Source: Chitinophagales bacterium (GTDB taxonomy: Bacteria > Bacteroidota > Bacteroidia > Chitinophagales > JADIYW01). From it: a stretch of 64,000 bases of DNA. Made by a program: the position numbers and the translations under genes. Under the pieces are notes generated by a model that ran no database searches, had not been told where the DNA came from, and worked only from the letters and a program-made list of their open reading frames with translations. Below, one piece after another: positions 60,593 through 64,000 of the stretch; positions within the stretch are counted from its first letter, which is position 1, and every line of letters starts with the position of its first letter. The stretch lies in assembly GCA_965216955.1 (NCBI GenBank), contig CBDCGV010000016.1, forward strand, positions 13,592 through 77,591, given 5' to 3'.

Positions 60593-60863
60593 ACTAAACA
60601 CGACTAAAAAGATAATAGTTGAACATTTCACTTGTAAAAGATATATGAAGGAATGTGTGATAGAAATTTGATATACATATTTGGAATGACAATTATTTTT
60701 TAAATTTAGGTATGATATATACTTTTACACTGTTATTTACTTTTTCTCTAAATACCTCCCATAAAAAAGTCCTAGATACCTCAACTGTTCATCGAGGCAT
60801 TGTTCAGACTTTTAATAATTTAAAGACTCCACGTTTGTTCTATTTTTTTGACTAGACCATTAT

Positions 60864-62081
60864 ATGGAAGTAAAAGAAAAAGCTATTAGCAAAGTTGAAA
60901 ACATATTTGTATTTGTTGTTTGTGGAGATAATGAACATATCACCACATTAAACTATTCTCTCAACTCACTTAAGCAGTTTACGGATAACAAGATCATTGT
61001 AGTAACAGATACTTCTCGTAACTCTTTAGAAATTGTTCATGACAATATTGTAGACATTATAACACCAAAGGAATACGATCATCACCAAGCAAGTATATTT
61101 CTTAAAACTAGTTTGCATAAGATATTACCCGTTGGAAATAACTATTGCTATATGGACTCAGATGTCATTACGCTTTCCAATGAGTGTGATCAAGTCTTTG
61201 ATCAATTTATACCTCCAATTAGATTCGCTCCAGATCACTGTAAACTACCAGCTTTTAGCCCTTCGGCTATTTATTGTGGCTGCTATGAAAAAAATCAAAG
61301 AGAAAAAAAGGAGCTGAGAGAATTGCTTATGAAATTTGATTTAAGCGAGAAGTTATCAGGTTATCAAAAGTTTCATCACAATGAATTATTAAAAATAATA
61401 TATAAAATCAGGTCAAAACCCTTTAGAAATATTAGCAAAATTCTTGGTTTTTTATTTTCATGTAATAAATTCCAATTGAACGAAACTTACTATTTCCTAA
61501 GAAAATCTAGAACCTGGCATTTGACAACTACTGATGAGCCTATTCTTTTTGACTTCAGGCTTATTATTAAAGATGTAGAAAGCCATTCATCATTTAGATG
61601 GAGTAGATATAAGATCGCTTGGATTAATGCAGATAATGAAAACATCTTCAACCCTACTTGTCAGCATTTGGCGGATAAAATCAAAGAAAAATTTGATATA
61701 AAAGTCGGAAAGAAAAAGTGGCAACATTGGAATGGAGGTGTATTTTTATTCAATGATAGTAGCAAAGCATTTCTGGACGCCTGGCATTCTAAGACAATTG
61801 CTGCATTTTATGACAAAGATTGGCGAACTAGAGATCAAGGAACCTTAGTGGCAACGGCCTGGGAATTTAACCTTCAAAAACATCCATTATTGGATAAAAA
61901 ATGGAATTTTATTGCTGATTACAACAATCAATTCTTAGAATTTGATGACGATAATAATATATCAGATAATGCATTTCAAACTAAGCATAAACCTGTGTTT
62001 ATTCATGTTTATCATAACTTCGGGAATGAGCAATGGGATGTATGGAACTGGATTGACAATCAATTAAAATCAGCGATCTAG
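60864..62081 (+). CDS. Hypothetical protein, GT-A-fold glycosyltransferase-like (GT8-like DXD)
   Basis: 405 aa. It has FVFVVCGDNEH, the DXD-type CYMDSDVITL and the GT8-like HWNGGVFLFNDSSKAFLDAW. This is a weak call made by eye. Confidence 0.4.
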   Translation: MEVKEKAISKVENIFVFVVCGDNEHITTLNYSLNSLKQFTDNKIIVVTDTSRNSLEIVHDNIVDIITPKEYDHHQASIFLKTSLHKILPVGNNYCYMDSDVITLSNECDQVFDQFIPPIRFAPDHCKLPAFSPSAIYCGCYEKNQREKKELRELLMKFDLSEKLSGYQKFHHNELLKIIYKIRSKPFRNISKILGFLFSCNKFQLNETYYFLRKSRTWHLTTTDEPILFDFRLIIKDVESHSSFRWSRYKIAWINADNENIFNPTCQHLADKIKEKFDIKVGKKKWQHWNGGVFLFNDSSKAFLDAWHSKTIAAFYDKDWRTRDQGTLVATAWEFNLQKHPLLDKKWNFIADYNNQFLEFDDDNNISDNAFQTKHKPVFIHVYHNFGNEQWDVWNWIDNQLKSAI

Positions 62082-62129
62082 TTTTTGCTATAAAAGCAAT
62101 AATGTTTAATAGGATTAAGATGTGTAAGA

Positions 62130-63152
62130 ATGAAATTAAATACCACTATTAAGAAGTGCTTAATTTCATTAACCCTATTTCTAGTAACACTGGAAATAGG
62201 ATTAAGGATAACAGGACAATTCAAAACTTATGCTGAGCGCAATGCTGGAAAATATATAAGTTATTGGAGTAAAGCCAGAGCAACAACTTGGTATCATAAT
62301 TGGCGGCCCAATGAACTCATACAATATAACAACAAAGAATTTAAATACAGTTACCCGGCCAATTCATTAGGGTTAAGAGAAATAGAATACGTTAAAAATG
62401 TAGATAAATCATTAGTCATAACTATTGGAGATTCCTTTACCGAAGGAGATGGTGCTCCTTATGAAGGGGCTTATCCAAGGCACCTAGAACAATTACTAAA
62501 TGACAGAGCTGAAAAAGTAAAACCAGCGAGTGTATATAATGCCGGAGTCTGTGGAAGTGATGTCTGGTTTAGCTATACTTTAATTCGAGATAAACTACTG
62601 GCCTATCATCCAGATCTGATTATTGTAGCAATTAACACATCAGACATTAATGATCTTTTTATAAGAGGTGGAAAGGAAAGATTTCAACCTAATATGAATG
62701 TCAAGTATAAAAATGGCCCATGGTTCAAAGAGTTATTTCGTATCAGTCACATTGTTAGAGGTATTGTTCACTATGCTGGTTATGATGATGATTTAATTAA
62801 TAGTTGGAAAAAAGAGCAATTAAGAAATGAATCCATAATAAGTATCATTGAGGCAATACGGCATATTAATTTTGAATGTAAATCAAACAACACGAAATGT
62901 GTTTTTGTCTTACATCCAGTACCGGGAATACCGCCGGATTCTGATCTTGATTTCAGAACTATTAAAGATGTACTACCTTCGCATTATCCAATATACGATA
63001 TTTACAAAGATATGGACTTTGCCACGAAAGACCTTGACGCAAATGATTTTTTTTGGCCAATTAATGGACATTATAATGAATATGGATATAAAATAATGGC
63101 AGAAATAATATATCGTCTACTAAAAAAAGAAAACCATTTAAAAGATATCTAA
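62130..63152 (+). CDS. Membrane-anchored SGNH/GDSL-family protein (paralog of 34499-35800)
   Basis: 340 aa with an N-terminal TM helix. Block I is LVITIGDSFTEGDGAP and the C-terminal motif is FFWPINGHYNEYGY. Confidence 0.6.
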   Translation: MKLNTTIKKCLISLTLFLVTLEIGLRITGQFKTYAERNAGKYISYWSKARATTWYHNWRPNELIQYNNKEFKYSYPANSLGLREIEYVKNVDKSLVITIGDSFTEGDGAPYEGAYPRHLEQLLNDRAEKVKPASVYNAGVCGSDVWFSYTLIRDKLLAYHPDLIIVAINTSDINDLFIRGGKERFQPNMNVKYKNGPWFKELFRISHIVRGIVHYAGYDDDLINSWKKEQLRNESIISIIEAIRHINFECKSNNTKCVFVLHPVPGIPPDSDLDFRTIKDVLPSHYPIYDIYKDMDFATKDLDANDFFWPINGHYNEYGYKIMAEIIYRLLKKENHLKDI

Positions 63153-63375
63153 GCTACCAATGCTTATCTTCTTCTCAATAAAAGAGAACTTTAAAATATT
63201 TACAATGCAATAAATGATGCAGTTCATAAATAAAATCTTATTCCATATAAACCAATTTAAGCAATACCAAAAGTTAAAGGGTAATGCCAAAAACTTGAAA
63301 GACCGCACTATTGCCCCAACAGTTGATTCGAATAGTCTGCATGAGTATAACAAAGGTCGAAATAAAAAGAAGAAA

Positions 63376-64000
63376 ATGTTACTCTGTTTTGCACCATTTT
63401 CTAATCTTTATTTTTCGAGTAAAGGTGCCGTTGGAGTTTGTTGCCATAATCGAAAATATACCGTAGGCAACTACCCTGAAGAAAGTATTCTAGATATTTG
63501 GAATGGAGAAAAAATAAATCTGCTTCGCAAACATATCGTAAATAATAATTTATCGCTAGGTTGTCAATTCTGCCAATATGATTTTGACAAAAAAAGATAT
63601 AATTCATTACAAGCGCTCCATTTTGATCAGATTCCTCTAAATAGCCAATATCCATCCATGATGGAATTTGAGTTAGACATTACCTGCAATCTAGAATGCA
63701 AAATGTGCAATGGAGATTTTTCCTCTTTGATTCGAAAAAAAAGAGATAACCTACCACCTTTAGAAAAAAAGTATGATGATAACTTCGTTGAAGAGTTAAA
63801 GCCGTTTTTCAAACATCTAAAAGAAGCCAGATTCAGTGGAGGTGAGCCATTTTTAATAGAAATCTATTATAAGATCTGGAAATCTCTAATAGAAATAAAT
63901 CCATCGTGTTTAATTATTGTACAATCAAATGGAACGGTATTAAATGAAAAAGTGAAATCTATTTTGAATGATGGTCGCTTTGAAATAGGCGTTTCTCTCG
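63376..64000 (+). CDS. Radical SAM protein with an N-terminal twitch/SPASM-like Cys-rich domain, 5' part only; runs off the right edge
   Basis: Absent from the ORF track because it has no stop in the window. Translation from the ATG at 63376 gives MLLCFAPFSNLYFSSKGAVGVCCHNRKYTVGNYPEESILDIWNGEKINLLRKHIVNNNLSLGCQFCQ...MMEFELDITCNLECKMCNG...ARFSGGEPFL. That is a SPASM-type block, then the CxxxCxxC core, then the SAM-binding GGEP. Confidence 0.7.
   Translation, partial: MLLCFAPFSNLYFSSKGAVGVCCHNRKYTVGNYPEESILDIWNGEKINLLRKHIVNNNLSLGCQFCQYDFDKKRYNSLQALHFDQIPLNSQYPSMMEFELDITCNLECKMCNGDFSSLIRKKRDNLPPLEKKYDDNFVEELKPFFKHLKEARFSGGEPFLIEIYYKIWKSLIEINPSCLIIVQSNGTVLNEKVKSILNDGRFEIGVSL

Noticed and set aside
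63138-63812. Three minus-strand ORFs (63138-63353, 63401-63655 and 63627-63812)
   Set aside because: Two of them lie antisense to the plus-strand radical SAM ORF, which has clear CxxxCxxC and SPASM-like motifs. The third spans an intergenic gap. None has a family resemblance.
47784-64000. Aminoglycoside/aminocyclitol-type biosynthetic cluster, based on a DegT aminotransferase, a Gfo/Idh/MocA oxidoreductase, a twitch radical SAM, two class-B radical SAM enzymes and a TobZ-like carbamoyltransferase
   Set aside because: The enzyme classes overlap with gentamicin/tobramycin-type pathways. However, no 2-deoxy-scyllo-inosose synthase, resistance gene or exporter is visible, and the same classes occur in surface-glycan loci. 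It remains only an untested alternative until the right flank is seen.
1-64000. Scan for tRNA, rRNA, tmRNA, riboswitches, transposases, integrases, toxin-antitoxin genes, restriction-modification genes and other defence genes
   Set aside because: I recognised none by eye. The larger intergenic gaps (45118-45499, 47530-47783, 60593-60863 and 63153-63375) could hide small RNAs, but I cannot support any call without covariance-model searches such as Infernal/Rfam or tRNAscan-SE.

Overview
AT-rich, Bacteroidota-like chromosomal window. The taxon is inferred from several T9SS-type C-terminal sorting domains, a lipoprotein-rich glycan locus and A-rich leader regions. I saw no rRNA, tRNA, CRISPR array, transposase, integrase or recognisable defence genes. 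There are four blocks. (1) 1-21.2 kb is a tightly packed minus-strand beta-1,3-glucan (laminarin-type) utilisation operon. It holds a PfkB kinase, a cytoplasmic GH17, a GPH/MFS symporter, a GH30, a lipoprotein GH17, a 1151-aa GH94/GH149-like candidate phosphorylase, a GH16, a roughly 1600-aa multi-module glycan-binding lipoprotein split by a 1-nt homopolymer frameshift, and a 1053-aa clan GH-A domain fused to a putative outer-membrane beta-barrel. A divergent Y_Y_Y/LuxR one-component regulator follows. No SusC/SusD pair is visible. (2) 21.3-25 kb is ordinary: purT, a fatty-acid hydroxylase-family protein, a small lipoprotein and an epoxide-hydrolase-like alpha/beta hydrolase. (3) 25-47.5 kb is a cell-surface/T9SS block. 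It holds a 2450-aa repeat-rich adhesin, a divergent GT-C/TPR membrane protein, an SGNH protein, a CRTAC1/ASPIC FG-GAP protein, two paralogous beta-propellers flanking a GH76 lipoprotein and an HTTM-like membrane protein, and a Sel1 protein. (4) 47.8 to beyond 64 kb is a sugar or lipid tailoring cluster of unknown product. It holds a WbpG-like amidotransferase, a carbamoyltransferase, DegT/GT2/Gfo-Idh-MocA genes, an AspH/LpxO-family hydroxylase, an SDR, two B12-binding radical SAM enzymes, a GT-A-like protein, an SGNH protein and a radical SAM with an N-terminal twitch/SPASM-like domain. A T9SS-secreted PAP2/vanadium-haloperoxidase-like protein is embedded in it. The best novelty candidates are the glycosidase/beta-barrel fusion in a SusCD-less laminarin locus and the radical-SAM-rich tailoring cluster. 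All family calls come from motif recognition by eye; no searches were run.
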